Position numbers and translations under genes: made by a program
The notes under the pieces: model-generated
Seen by the model: only the letters and a program-made list of their open reading frames with translations
Database searches by the model: none
What the model was told of the DNA's origin: nothing
DNA from: a virus
Lineage: Duplodnaviria > Caudoviricetes
Direction: 5' to 3' (one strand)
Virus record (IMG/VR): IMGVR_UViG_3300046532_002691
Span: 1-28,488 of that record
Length of the DNA: 28,488 nucleotides
In this document: positions 14,101 to 23,462 of the stretch, one piece after another
Numbering within the stretch: position 1 is the stretch's first letter
Layout of the letters: each line of letters begins with the position of its first letter

Positions 14101-17042
14101 GGGGAATGATCCCCGACAAGATTGCCGGCATCATCAAATCCCTTTGTCATCATCTCATTGAGCTTTGAGATTTTGTTCTTCACGCTCCTGGGCAGCACCT
14201 CGTCCGGCAATGAAAGTACGGCAGACAATTGCTCTTCATTCATAAAGCGCCCGGTGTAAGACACATCGCCCTTATCATTCTCCTTGCGAACCATCCCCTC
14301 AGAATCAAATTCAACGCGAGCTATCGCGTCCAGCGCGGCGAAGATCGCTCCACTCTGGGTTTCCTCGTTCAGCTTTCGTTCTGTTCTGGAGCGCAGAACC
14401 GGGGCGCCTCCCTCAAATACAACATTGCCGTCATTATCCAGCTTAAACATTCCAGTGTTGGCAAATTTCTGAACCAGCACGGGATCGTTCTTTTCCAGAA
14501 TTTGCTTGGCGGTGATCACTGCCTTCTCGTCCACCCCCTCGGTGCGAATCGTTAATCTCTCCAGCACCTTATCCTTCGCTACCACATAGTCAGCGATGAG
14601 CTTGTCCATCTCCGGGGAGTTGGTTAACCCTTCGCCGCCTTCCTTGAAGGAAACCCGTTTGCCGTCCACCAACGTCCACTTCTTTTTTCCAGTAGTGGGA
14701 TCCTTGAAGATTGATGATGCGGGTGTTCCGGCAGAATCAAATTCAATGCCCATCTTTCCAAGTGCTTGCCGCATTCTCCCCAGCAAGCCGAGGTCGAACT
14801 TGGTGACCAATCCGCCGGTCACAAATGCGGTAACCTTATCCACCTTGGCGCCGCGCAAAATTCTCCTACCATGTGCTACCACATCACCCCCGGCAGCCTC
14901 CGCAAAATTACCGAATGACTCAGACAACATTTCGCCGGCAACGTAATCTCGCCTTTGCTGCATGTTGTTTTCATCCATGTGCTGCTTGTATCCCTCCTTG
15001 CCCTTCTTGCTCTTCCTGTTGTGCAAGCGGCTGAGGTACTGGTTTTCCAGTGATAGAAATTCCTTCTCGTTGAATAGCCCGTCAAAGATCACACCATCGG
15101 CGCCATCCCTGACCCCAAACAAGTGGTTCTGCATCTCCGCCCGCAAACCCGTCAGTGGGTCATCCCCGTCTGCGGTCTTCCAATCCGGGTGGAAAAGTTC
15201 ATGGGCCAAGGTCCGCAGTGCGTCATCTGCATTACGGTTTATGATGATCAATGGTTTACCATCAACCTCAGCGCGGTGAACTCCCTGCTTTCCTATCCAA
15301 TCTGGTTGGTCTGGAAATTCTGCTCTTATATCCGAGTCATCCATGTACCGGATAACCAGATCACCTTCAGGTCCGTCCTTCCCCTTTTTCAATATGCCCT
15401 TCGCATAAGCATCCAACAGTGCCATCCCATACAGCTTCTCCTGGGTCATGTCGCGTGACGTTAACAATGCTTCACGGTCACCCTTCGACATGTGCCCAAG
15501 GAAATTGTCAGTCAAGTCTTGGTGCGGGACATCGAGGATACTGTTTGCCTCAGTCTTCTCCCACTTGCCTTCCTTGTTCTTTTTGTAGAATGGAAATTTT
15601 ACAGCCCCGGAAATCAACCTAGCTTGAAGCGCACCTATGGGCGCACCAATTACGCCAATACCAAGACCGGCGGCGGCTCCCTCCTTGCCGGCAATCACAT
15701 ACCCCATTCCAGCGCCAAACGCTGAACCCTTTGTGATGAGATTTGCCAATTGGCCAGACCGGTGGGCGATTGCGTTTAGCGGGGCATTGTCCATCAACTT
15801 CAATGCCTTGTTGGTGCCGGCGGAATACATCCCGCTTTGGACTGCCCTGCCGAACGTGCCAACCTCCGCCACCTTGGCAGTGCCTCTGGTAAATTCACCC
15901 ACACCCCGGAGCGCCGCACCCTTCTTCGCTAATACGACAGGCACTGCCTTTGCTGTTGCCACGCCAGCACCGATTGCCGCTAATATATCAACCGCTCCAC
16001 GGTCATCCTCAATCGCACCGTAACCGGCGTATGCCCCACCCACGAAAGCGGTTTTAGGATACTTTGCTATCTTGGAACCGGCCCACTCCAAACCTCTGCC
16101 CGCTCCGGTTGCCATCCAGCCCGCCCCACCCACTGCGCGGGTGGCAGGGTTTCGCACAACGCCCCCGGTTGCCTTGGCAGCATCCTTCGCCCACTGTGCC
16201 GCCGCACTTAACTTGCCGCCTTCAGGGACAAGGTTTTTAACTTTATTGAGTGCTGCGACGAGCTTCTCGCCCCTCGCGCCAGTGGCAAGTAGCTTTTGGA
16301 CCTTGGCAAGACCACCTCCGGGGATAAGCCACACTGGATCCAGTACCATTGACCAAGAATCTGCGGCTTGAGGATCTATCATTTGGTCAATTGCGGCAGC
16401 CTCCTTATCACCCTCACCGTATACAGCGCGGCGCATGTTGCCGGCAAAAGTCTCTGGCGATTTAACCTTCATCGCACCTTCAGTTCCTGGGGGGACCACT
16501 TGTCCATCTCTTTTCCAGACACCATAAAGTGCGTTCATCTTTGCCGTCAGTTCTAGGTACTGATCGTACTTTACTCTATCTACTGTTTTTTCACTCTGGA
16601 AAGGTCTTGCTGCAAACTTTGCGCCTCCCTTTACAAAGTCCCAGAGGCCATCTGCCGCCCTTAACCCCGCTTCCCCTCCTGCCACTATCCTATCCGATCC
16701 CATCTGTAAGCTAAACGCTCCCGTGCCATGCCTTTCGGGGTCATACTTCACGGGATCCCTAGTGAATCCCCCCGACATGTGATCGAATGCTTGACCGGCC
16801 AATTCCATCCACGCGGTAGCCGCCTCCTGATGCTCCTTCCACCCTTCAAAAGTGAAATACTGAACCCCATACTCGTCAGTCTGAAATATATCATTCCCAC
16901 CTCTGGTGACCGCTATCGCTTTGGTGCGGGAGGCGCGAAACGGTTCTGGATCCGCAGATCCACCAACGGTGGGCTGTTTCCATTCAGCAGCAAATCGGTC
17001 CGCTTCCTTTTCCCATTTTGATTTGGAGAATACTTCCGGCAT
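11103..17042 (-). CDS. Large polyvalent internal virion/ejection protein (1979 aa)
   Basis: Gly/Ala-rich hydrophobic helices in the N-terminal quarter, AHELFH zincin motif, HhH-glycosylase-like motifs and a C-terminal ART-like HGT...FFFTD...AIFDPNQIKS domain. Last and largest gene after the tail tubular genes. Confidence 0.75.
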   Translation of the reverse strand: MPEVFSKSKWEKEADRFAAEWKQPTVGGSADPEPFRASRTKAIAVTRGGNDIFQTDEYGVQYFTFEGWKEHQEAATAWMELAGQAFDHMSGGFTRDPVKYDPERHGTGAFSLQMGSDRIVAGGEAGLRAADGLWDFVKGGAKFAARPFQSEKTVDRVKYDQYLELTAKMNALYGVWKRDGQVVPPGTEGAMKVKSPETFAGNMRRAVYGEGDKEAAAIDQMIDPQAADSWSMVLDPVWLIPGGGLAKVQKLLATGARGEKLVAALNKVKNLVPEGGKLSAAAQWAKDAAKATGGVVRNPATRAVGGAGWMATGAGRGLEWAGSKIAKYPKTAFVGGAYAGYGAIEDDRGAVDILAAIGAGVATAKAVPVVLAKKGAALRGVGEFTRGTAKVAEVGTFGRAVQSGMYSAGTNKALKLMDNAPLNAIAHRSGQLANLITKGSAFGAGMGYVIAGKEGAAAGLGIGVIGAPIGALQARLISGAVKFPFYKKNKEGKWEKTEANSILDVPHQDLTDNFLGHMSKGDREALLTSRDMTQEKLYGMALLDAYAKGILKKGKDGPEGDLVIRYMDDSDIRAEFPDQPDWIGKQGVHRAEVDGKPLIIINRNADDALRTLAHELFHPDWKTADGDDPLTGLRAEMQNHLFGVRDGADGVIFDGLFNEKEFLSLENQYLSRLHNRKSKKGKEGYKQHMDENNMQQRRDYVAGEMLSESFGNFAEAAGGDVVAHGRRILRGAKVDKVTAFVTGGLVTKFDLGLLGRMRQALGKMGIEFDSAGTPASSIFKDPTTGKKKWTLVDGKRVSFKEGGEGLTNSPEMDKLIADYVVAKDKVLERLTIRTEGVDEKAVITAKQILEKNDPVLVQKFANTGMFKLDNDGNVVFEGGAPVLRSRTERKLNEETQSGAIFAALDAIARVEFDSEGMVRKENDKGDVSYTGRFMNEEQLSAVLSLPDEVLPRSVKNKISKLNEMMTKGFDDAGNLVGDHSPNFLIQYYAATKGSKYTSKASMSHQLAAPYGWSISQAGNFNLTTLSVGRFEAKIKSWWKKAGESKGGRHRAFTELFDGSQEQFRADVIEYLHNQAAGIKNPNSAKTDAIADFLNALPKEQKDAMPNRLSTDKEHVVPVSLRVDRMESIQSSLGTPMPVNYARLRVNYKPTTPKGDEGAQYMPKGKKGAGKDPYSDLIYRDEKLPKGVIRDEQANLQYKGKQPKDWTPEDFEAFGEKFGVKNLGPLSEIQTIKDKATGHTLRLPGGLEGKFTYYDLLWIKNNNPEVFPRSDAGGFISEGTHAKITDKLARTLTPPKGDKLETFNRMVFGMLSPNTPLLPNLFGHARTKFASIDDVKRMAKMAELLPENPTQKQRKAVSDKIKKALGIGAADKGGLGIGITQDFTNVAEFARLWLKDPEWFNKSPDEGWATYVDRVGTQLRGLGTKTASFGGVWQDPSRAMISAVDRHMARMFAERVLEKPEMRDRFEAGIVRGFNKLLNDSKVRTKELNKNISNIKKRKTLTDEQKEKEINKLTLALENRKREKGLPDPRLKKSKTLDDVMAQSRDIDPEIVSEWIGQSALDAMGARQVNYRTVVRGAKGETEINPNVAEANRLVKFIKDPEKFKVMSDAYMEALKINEEKANEMGVAIFPAQWTLWDRVRGRIEPHEVMFPGFHKLPKMGPNQIRGVLMKQSKMGYATAPRAVEAGTTSPASMAYFMPAGSDASYMKAAKKGDTKGAQLLVDQAAKVAGYTVGPVLHGTAGQFNKFSKREGPRMTDARSAKLAFFFTDDPLTAKAYAIHAAEEGPIKSLLKKAERAEKRQDWDGYEKAIIEAEAVDTYAARLERRGDARVIKGYLKGDFAEVDAGGKTPSELASGDFDTGITREILKAKRQGREGVKFINLDDAVGLYDRPSNHYAIFDPNQIKSAEAITKDNKGNIIPLSERFNPGSDDIRYMPAGKDVKVKPRKGSATARKTSIRLPLGAVAKQLRLERDLKKLKRN

Positions 17043-17055
17043 AATTATTTATCCT

Positions 17056-19395
17056 TTAACGACTTGGCGCAAAGCCCCGTACCTCAGCCTTGGTTAGCGT
17101 CCAACTAGAATCGCCTGATTCAAATTCGTACTTACCGTCAGTCCTGCGGAAGAGTTTACCCTTCTTGCCTTTGTATGTCCCCGCGGTAAAGGCGCCCTTC
17201 GATTCGGAAAACGGTGCGTCACCTTTACTCTCGCGAATAACAAGACTACTCCCCGGCGCCGATGGTGTGGACCCTGTGGCAGTTGTTACGGGTGGGGGTT
17301 CCATAGTTTCAGTTGGCGCGGGTGCGGGTGCGGCTTCATCTTCGTATTCCTGGTCGTTGATATAATCCTGAGTGATTTTATCTACGACCTCTTCGCCATC
17401 AGGATCAGTTGCTGGTGCCGGTGCTGTTGTCGGTGGCACATTAACGGACGGATCCATTCTTCTTGCTGATGGAGCTGCTTCCGGTTCAGTCGGTTTGGGT
17501 GTGGTTGCTTCCGGTGTAGGCGCTTTCGCTTTGTCTTCCTTCTCCCATTTCTCAATCCAGCCGCGATCAACGTAATCAGTCCAGCCTTTTTCCGGGTGGT
17601 CATACTGCCTTCCTATGTATTGCTCCGCCCATTCCCTAACGTCTTGATTGTTCGGGACCACATTACGCGCCGCACCGCCCACTGTTACGTCGGTAAACGG
17701 TGTCCCAGGCGGAAGTGATGCCGCCATCATGACCGCGGCAGTTGCCGCATCCTCGTCTGTGTCAAAATTCTGGCCATTCACTTGGGGCGGTGCAGGTACG
17801 GGTGGCGCACTTGGCCGTGGAGATCCGCCACCCGGACGCATACCACCCTGACCACCACCACCGGGAGAAATCATTTTCTCGATGTGCGGGGAAAGGTGAG
17901 TGCCCGTTAGTTTTTCGTAGTAACCCCTATAACCCGAAACATTTGACCCACCTGTGGCACCCATTTCTAGTTGCCGCATAATTGCCCCATCAACAAGTTT
18001 TTGTGTTAGTCCGAACAGTGCCTTGTTCACCTCTTCTTCGTTCTTTGGACTAATAAAGGTTCCCTTATAGAGATCAACGTCCTTGTCAGTTAAAACGCCA
18101 ATCTCCCCATATACACCCCTCGCCAGATTTGGAATCACTGCGTTGAGGAGTCCCTCAAGTACTTGGAGGTCCCTGCTCCCCTCAGTGTTAAACCATGCCC
18201 TAACTTCTGCTGTCTTATTGTTCCATCTTCCCGTGTTAACCGCGTCGATATATCCGCCGGAACCTAGCCTCTCGATTTGTCCCTTAACTGACATCGCTTT
18301 CATCAGTTGTTGCTTTTCGGAAACTCCCATTGTTTGCCCAAAAACTCCACTCAAGGCGATTGCGTCAACTCCGCGAGTTTTCGGGTCTTGCACAATCTGC
18401 GTAAACTCAATCCGCTTCATCCCCGCGGCGCTTGCCAACTGCGAATCGATTTTAGTCAGGTCCACCATCGACATGGATCCAGTGAGCGCGGCATCAACCA
18501 CGGCTTGATCCCTCACTCCCGATGTCATCCCTGTGCCGAACTGTGCGCTCATCGCCAGAACCCGTGCGGCTTCGGCTTTTTGCGCCGCCAGTGTCTCGCG
18601 GCCCTCAATCGCCATTGTTGCCAGGGTCTTCTTATGCTCCCACTCCAGGTCTTTAGCTTTAGTCTCCCTACCCCTGCCTAACCCAACTACATCGCCTTGG
18701 GCGGCATCAACTTCGGCGGCAGAGATTCTGCCATCACCGTCAAGGTCCAGGTTCTCCGGGACAGGCTCATCGCCCTTGATGTACATGCCCCTCGCCTGTG
18801 CGGCAAAGATGTCTGACTGTGCGGTAGCTGTTCCATCAGCATCATCGGTGTAGGTCTTGCCTGTGATTTTAAAGGCGGTGGTGCGGGTGGTGTAATCTGC
18901 GAGACGCTGATTTTTTTGGTGGGTCAGCTTGGCAATTGCCAGCAATTTGCGGTCCTGTTCTTCCGCCATTATCGCGTTACCTTCAGCAGTCGCCAGCACC
19001 CCTTTCTGTACCCAGGTTTCGTAATATTTTCTATTATCTGGATTGAGGAAAATTTCCGGTTCCAACTTATCCCTGTTCTCATACCAAGCCTGAGCTTCTC
19101 CTTGTTGTGTCCGCGCCCCGGCTACTGCATCTTGCATTTCCAACAGCGCCGCTGATGACCTCTTCCTGTAATCCGCCGCGACATTGAGTTGCCGCGTCTT
19201 CTCACCTAACCGTTGCTCCTCGCCCCGTAATTGCATATCCAACAACTTCCCGCGCTGGGCCTGGCTATCCTGCTGCAACTTCAATTGCTGGTTGCGCTGT
19301 TGCGTCTGCAAACGTTGCTGTGATTGCTGGAATCCTTTGTTGTACAGGTCTTGACCTGTTTCAAACCCCATCAGAAATGAACTTTTTCTAGGCAT
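17056..19395 (-). CDS. Internal virion/ejection protein (779 aa)
   Basis: Gln-rich coiled-coil N-terminus and Pro/Thr-rich linkers; lies between the small and large ejection genes. Confidence 0.6.
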   Translation of the reverse strand: MPRKSSFLMGFETGQDLYNKGFQQSQQRLQTQQRNQQLKLQQDSQAQRGKLLDMQLRGEEQRLGEKTRQLNVAADYRKRSSAALLEMQDAVAGARTQQGEAQAWYENRDKLEPEIFLNPDNRKYYETWVQKGVLATAEGNAIMAEEQDRKLLAIAKLTHQKNQRLADYTTRTTAFKITGKTYTDDADGTATAQSDIFAAQARGMYIKGDEPVPENLDLDGDGRISAAEVDAAQGDVVGLGRGRETKAKDLEWEHKKTLATMAIEGRETLAAQKAEAARVLAMSAQFGTGMTSGVRDQAVVDAALTGSMSMVDLTKIDSQLASAAGMKRIEFTQIVQDPKTRGVDAIALSGVFGQTMGVSEKQQLMKAMSVKGQIERLGSGGYIDAVNTGRWNNKTAEVRAWFNTEGSRDLQVLEGLLNAVIPNLARGVYGEIGVLTDKDVDLYKGTFISPKNEEEVNKALFGLTQKLVDGAIMRQLEMGATGGSNVSGYRGYYEKLTGTHLSPHIEKMISPGGGGQGGMRPGGGSPRPSAPPVPAPPQVNGQNFDTDEDAATAAVMMAASLPPGTPFTDVTVGGAARNVVPNNQDVREWAEQYIGRQYDHPEKGWTDYVDRGWIEKWEKEDKAKAPTPEATTPKPTEPEAAPSARRMDPSVNVPPTTAPAPATDPDGEEVVDKITQDYINDQEYEDEAAPAPAPTETMEPPPVTTATGSTPSAPGSSLVIRESKGDAPFSESKGAFTAGTYKGKKGKLFRRTDGKYEFESGDSSWTLTKAEVRGFAPSR

Positions 19396-19410
19396 AATGT
19401 TTAATCTCCT

Positions 19411-20472
19411 TTAATAGCCTTGGGCACTATAAGCTGTTCCACTGTTTCCCTGGAATTTCATGTGTTGCCCGCCTGGGCCAGACACCGATGATGGCGACCC
19501 ACCAGCCAACATTCCCCCCAATGGCCCACCAAGTGCGGACCCTGCCATCCCGGCTACCATTCCTAAACCTTCCATCCAGGGGTTAGATTGATTTGCCATT
19601 CCCTGAACGTAGGTGCTGTAATTGCTGCTTGCGAATTGTGCGGATTGTTGGGCAGCATTTGCGTTCTGCCCAATACCTTGCTGCAACTGCATAGGTGCAA
19701 AGTTAGCCGCACCTTGCTGGGCGCCACTGATTGCTCCGTACTGCGCTGTAATGGGTGTTCCTAGCGCGTAGGCTTGCGCCTGAGACATCCTTTGCGTTAA
19801 TAGGCGTTGTCCTGCATCAAACTTAGCTAACGCCTCCTGGCCGATATTTGCGGCACCATAGATGTTGCCCCGCGCCGATTGCGCTCCTCGAACACTCGCC
19901 TCAACCTGTTTGCCGGCGGCTGCACCTAACTCTCTGCCAGCAGATAATTCTTCCAGTGTGGTTTGCGCTAACTTCTGCCGAACTTCCCAACCCACTGGAT
20001 CCGCTTCCTTAATCCGCTGGAGTTGCTCAAGGTTCATGTCCTTGCCGTACCGTTGCTGAATGTCGAGTGACATTTTGGCGATGGCATCGGCGGATTCACG
20101 CATTCCCTGCAACTCAATCTGTTGCTGTTGCAATGTACCGGTTCCTGTCATTATCGGATTACCATGACCATCCAAAATCGAGCGACCTTGGGAATCCTTT
20201 AGCTCACTTCTCTGGCTGAAGTCATACGGGATGATCTTGCCATCTACCGTAACGCTCCCCTTAGTGCCAGCCTTGGCGGCAGCCTCAATAATCTTGCGGG
20301 CGGGCAAGGTTGAGATGTCCGCCTGAATGCCCTTGGCGGCACTGTCAGAATAATCGGGTGCGGGTGGCGGGGTGCCTTTGTTAACAGCATCGGCGGCTGC
20401 CCAAAAACGCTCCTTGTGTGCGGCAGTGATTTGCTTGGCCGCCTCCATGCATTGATCCATTAGTTTATTCAT
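19411..20472 (-). CDS. Internal virion/DNA pilot-type protein (353 aa)
   Basis: PPPAPDY motif, Q/A/G-rich body, SARG motif and Gly-rich hydrophobic C-terminal helix. Confidence 0.6.
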   Translation of the reverse strand: MNKLMDQCMEAAKQITAAHKERFWAAADAVNKGTPPPAPDYSDSAAKGIQADISTLPARKIIEAAAKAGTKGSVTVDGKIIPYDFSQRSELKDSQGRSILDGHGNPIMTGTGTLQQQQIELQGMRESADAIAKMSLDIQQRYGKDMNLEQLQRIKEADPVGWEVRQKLAQTTLEELSAGRELGAAAGKQVEASVRGAQSARGNIYGAANIGQEALAKFDAGQRLLTQRMSQAQAYALGTPITAQYGAISGAQQGAANFAPMQLQQGIGQNANAAQQSAQFASSNYSTYVQGMANQSNPWMEGLGMVAGMAGSALGGPLGGMLAGGSPSSVSGPGGQHMKFQGNSGTAYSAQGY

Positions 20473-20764
20473 CGCTCAGTGCCCTATCATATAACTTTTT
20501 CATTTCGTCCTTGCTGACCGTTCTCAGGTCACGCACTTCCAATTCTTCCCCGTACAAGTCGCCTTCCCATTCCGCAATATACACCTCGCACACTTCGGGT
20601 TGGTGAGGCAAAACCCAACACACACACGGTCCCAACTTCTGCCATCGGTGGAACGCCACCCCAAAATAAACACCTACCGGCAAACCCGGTTCCAACATCT
20701 CAATGTTGGCGGTTGGCACTTTATGCTCAAACCGTTGCCCACCTTTTACTATGCCGCGGACCAT
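20465..20764 (-). CDS. Riboflavin kinase-like protein (minimal RFK domain)
   Basis: GIVKG...PTANI...GVY...EVYI...GDLYGEELEV appear in the order of the flavokinase signature (G.V..G, PTAN, GVY, ExH, DLYG). Overlaps both neighbours. Confidence 0.75.
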   Translation of the reverse strand: MVRGIVKGGQRFEHKVPTANIEMLEPGLPVGVYFGVAFHRWQKLGPCVCWVLPHQPEVCEVYIAEWEGDLYGEELEVRDLRTVSKDEMKKLYDRALSDE

Positions 20765-21165
20765 AACTTTTCAAATACCTTACGCTGGAGTCGCTTTTTC
20801 TTTCCGTGCCGGATCGCGAACAGCTTCAACTCTTTCCACCCCCGGACACGCTGATCGAGTTCATCGACACACGCCGCCATTCCTTTTCTCGTCGTCGCCA
20901 AAATGTCCGAGAAATATAAACTGTCTCCCTCTTCGTTCCAGGGTACCCAGTGCTTATCGATGTCATTTTCAAGCATCTTCGTCCCAACCGCCACCGCGAC
21001 CAAGTCACCCTGTTCTTCGACCAAAACGAGACCTCCATTTTTATGGTGCCAGCCGAGGTAAATTTCCAAAATAGAATCGGGCCATCCGCCAAAACACAAC
21101 CCCTTCCGGTCTGCCGACCGGATGAACGTAATGACTTCAGCCATAGGATGATTTGATCCACTCAT
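20749..21165 (-). CDS. Putative GNAT-like virion assembly protein
   Basis: LVLVEEQGDLVAVAVG...SLYFSDILA strand pattern; position after tail tubular B matches T7 gp13-like acetyltransferase genes. Confidence 0.5.
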   Translation of the reverse strand: MSGSNHPMAEVITFIRSADRKGLCFGGWPDSILEIYLGWHHKNGGLVLVEEQGDLVAVAVGTKMLENDIDKHWVPWNEEGDSLYFSDILATTRKGMAACVDELDQRVRGWKELKLFAIRHGKKKRLQRKVFEKLWSAA

Positions 21166-22784
21166 GTCTCCTGGTCCAAGGTGTTTACATACGCGCTGGC
21201 GCGAATGCCGCGCACATGCATCTTGCCGGCATCAGTCCGCACCTTGAACTGCATTTCACGGCACGGTCCCTTGTTGATTAAATTGTAAGAACTGCGGAGT
21301 GGCACAGTTGCCGGGAAGGTGACCGGCAGAGTGAAGGGTAGCGTGACCGATCCGGTTGCAGTGTTGATCGGATTCTGGTTCACCACCGACTCCTCGCCCT
21401 CATCGAGTGAGACGCGAATGTTAACCCTCTCCGCCAGTGCCGGTTTCAATTCCAACTCAGTGTGATTGGGTAGCACCTCATTGAACTGCTGACCAAACGA
21501 TAGTCCGCGGGTCAAAATGTGGGACTCATAATCCACCCCATCATCCTGGTAAGTGGCGGCGGTTTCGCTCGTCTCTTTAACGTGATCCTGAAAGAACATT
21601 GCCTTCCCGGACTCCGTGGAAAACGCCAGCCGCACTTCCCCGTTAAATGCGGTTGCGGTAAATTGTGTGGCATCCCAATCCCATGTTCCCACAAAACTGC
21701 GGGTCACAGTATTGTAAACGATGCATTTATTATTCGTCGTGGAGCTTCCCGTGGGCACACTGAGGATGTAGTGATTCTTCCAGAAGAATCCGGCTGCCTG
21801 ATCAATGGCGGCGTTCCAGTTTATCGTATCGATCACATCCTGAATGCCGATGGAGATTGGTTCACTCACCGCCCTGCCAGCACCTTCAAGAATGCTCTTC
21901 ACCGTGCGTATGCCGTCCGGCGCCAAAAAGAAAATGTCCTGACCAACCTGAGCTATGCTTCGGTGAGAGACGCACCCGATTTTCGTGTCAATATTCTCAA
22001 CGGTCCAAGTGCTTGCCGTGCTGGCTTGGGGGTCGGTGGTCACGGCGAAACAAGAGCGTTGTTTGAACACCACAAGCGTATGCCCCATCCAGCTTGCTAA
22101 CCCGGTGATGGGGTCGCCAACCGAACCACCCACGCGGATTTGAAAATTAACATTATCCCAGGTGGACCCGTCTATCAGATCAGATGCATAAAGTGCGTCT
22201 GGCACCGTACCCACGCCGGCAGCAAAGACTCGGTTAGTGTGGGTGATGATATATTTACAGAGTGGCGGGTTACCCGTTCCGGTTCCCTCATCAGTGAATG
22301 CGGTGCCATTGTAACTGCGCACATTATTTGTGCCGTCAGTCAGGTAAAGTTTATCCACCAGTTGAGCCATCTCCACATTGGCGCCGCTGGCTGGAGTGTA
22401 GCCGGTCACCTCGGCCCAAGTTGCATTTGCGTTCTTGTAAACCTTGCCGCCGGATACGCCGATCATTTGCTCAAGGCTCGGTGTGTCAAAGTAACCGATC
22501 CCGTCCGCAGAAGCGTTATTGTCACCGGTCCAGTTATTAGTGTAACTTTCCCAGTTAGTGGCTACGTCCTCCCAGTTGGAATCTAGTAACCCCCCTAGCT
22601 CCCTTTTTGATCCGCGCCGGGTAGCCACTGCCCCGAACCGATCAATATCTAAATTAAGTCCCTCGGAATACTGGGTCGGATCCAATAGATTGGCGCGGAC
22701 ATTCGACACCTGCCCGCCTACAAATGTGAGGCAGCCATCATACGCCAACTGGTCATCCAGACTATCGTTGTAGTTAATAGGCAT
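21162..22784 (-). CDS. Tail tubular protein B / nozzle (P22 gp10-like)
   Basis: 540 aa beta-propeller-like; GDPITGL, LVVFK, IGCVSHRSIAQVG and IFFLAPDGIR motifs. Confidence 0.75.
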   Translation of the reverse strand: MPINYNDSLDDQLAYDGCLTFVGGQVSNVRANLLDPTQYSEGLNLDIDRFGAVATRRGSKRELGGLLDSNWEDVATNWESYTNNWTGDNNASADGIGYFDTPSLEQMIGVSGGKVYKNANATWAEVTGYTPASGANVEMAQLVDKLYLTDGTNNVRSYNGTAFTDEGTGTGNPPLCKYIITHTNRVFAAGVGTVPDALYASDLIDGSTWDNVNFQIRVGGSVGDPITGLASWMGHTLVVFKQRSCFAVTTDPQASTASTWTVENIDTKIGCVSHRSIAQVGQDIFFLAPDGIRTVKSILEGAGRAVSEPISIGIQDVIDTINWNAAIDQAAGFFWKNHYILSVPTGSSTTNNKCIVYNTVTRSFVGTWDWDATQFTATAFNGEVRLAFSTESGKAMFFQDHVKETSETAATYQDDGVDYESHILTRGLSFGQQFNEVLPNHTELELKPALAERVNIRVSLDEGEESVVNQNPINTATGSVTLPFTLPVTFPATVPLRSSYNLINKGPCREMQFKVRTDAGKMHVRGIRASAYVNTLDQET

Positions 22785-23431
22785 TATTCAAAATCGTTTA
22801 TGTCCCAAACGGGTGCCATCGATGGAATCAATCTGGTCACCTTCGCCGATTGCGCAGTTTCAAGGTCGCGCACTAACATCATCTGGCCGGCAGCTTCCTG
22901 CTGCTTAACCTGGGCTTTTCCGTACTGACGAAGATGCTCAAGCATATCCGCCTCAACGTATGCGAGAAGGGCATTGTCGATACCGTTTATCCGCGGGGAA
23001 TCCGTGTCGCCCATTGCGGTCACCTTCAGCTTACCCAATACCAATAGTGTTTTTTGCGTATCAGGTTTTCGGACCAAACGAATCACTGCGTTCCCGCTGG
23101 AATCATTCGGCAGCACAATGTAATTCGCCGGGGCACCGGATCCATCCAGCAAGTCCGGGTTAAGTTGGAACACCGTCTCGTAATTTATCGGGACCATTTC
23201 CTTTTCATCCCAGGCCGCCGAAACCGGAAAACGCACCGTGCTGTTTAGCGTCACCTCTTCAGTATCAATCGCCACCGTGTAGGATGTGGTGCCAAGCGTT
23301 TCGCGCCAAAGACCGGAGTCCCAAATCATCTCGTACCGGCGATCAATGAAACTCTTGATCAACGTCAATGAATCGGCATCACTCTTCTGGAGTTTGTCCG
23401 CCACAAATTGCGCTATGCTTGATTTAATCAT
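22784..23431 (-). CDS. Tail tubular protein A / head-tail adaptor
   Basis: 215 aa helix-beta-helix layout directly upstream of the nozzle gene. Confidence 0.65.
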   Translation of the reverse strand: MIKSSIAQFVADKLQKSDADSLTLIKSFIDRRYEMIWDSGLWRETLGTTSYTVAIDTEEVTLNSTVRFPVSAAWDEKEMVPINYETVFQLNPDLLDGSGAPANYIVLPNDSSGNAVIRLVRKPDTQKTLLVLGKLKVTAMGDTDSPRINGIDNALLAYVEADMLEHLRQYGKAQVKQQEAAGQMMLVRDLETAQSAKVTRLIPSMAPVWDINDFE

Positions 23432-23462
23432 AATCTGAGTTTTCTGTGTGCCACGGTTTCAT

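Noticed and set aside
17280-17865. GC-rich short repeats (GGTGCG, ACC runs)
   Set aside because: Explained by Pro/Ala/Gly low-complexity linkers in the protein.
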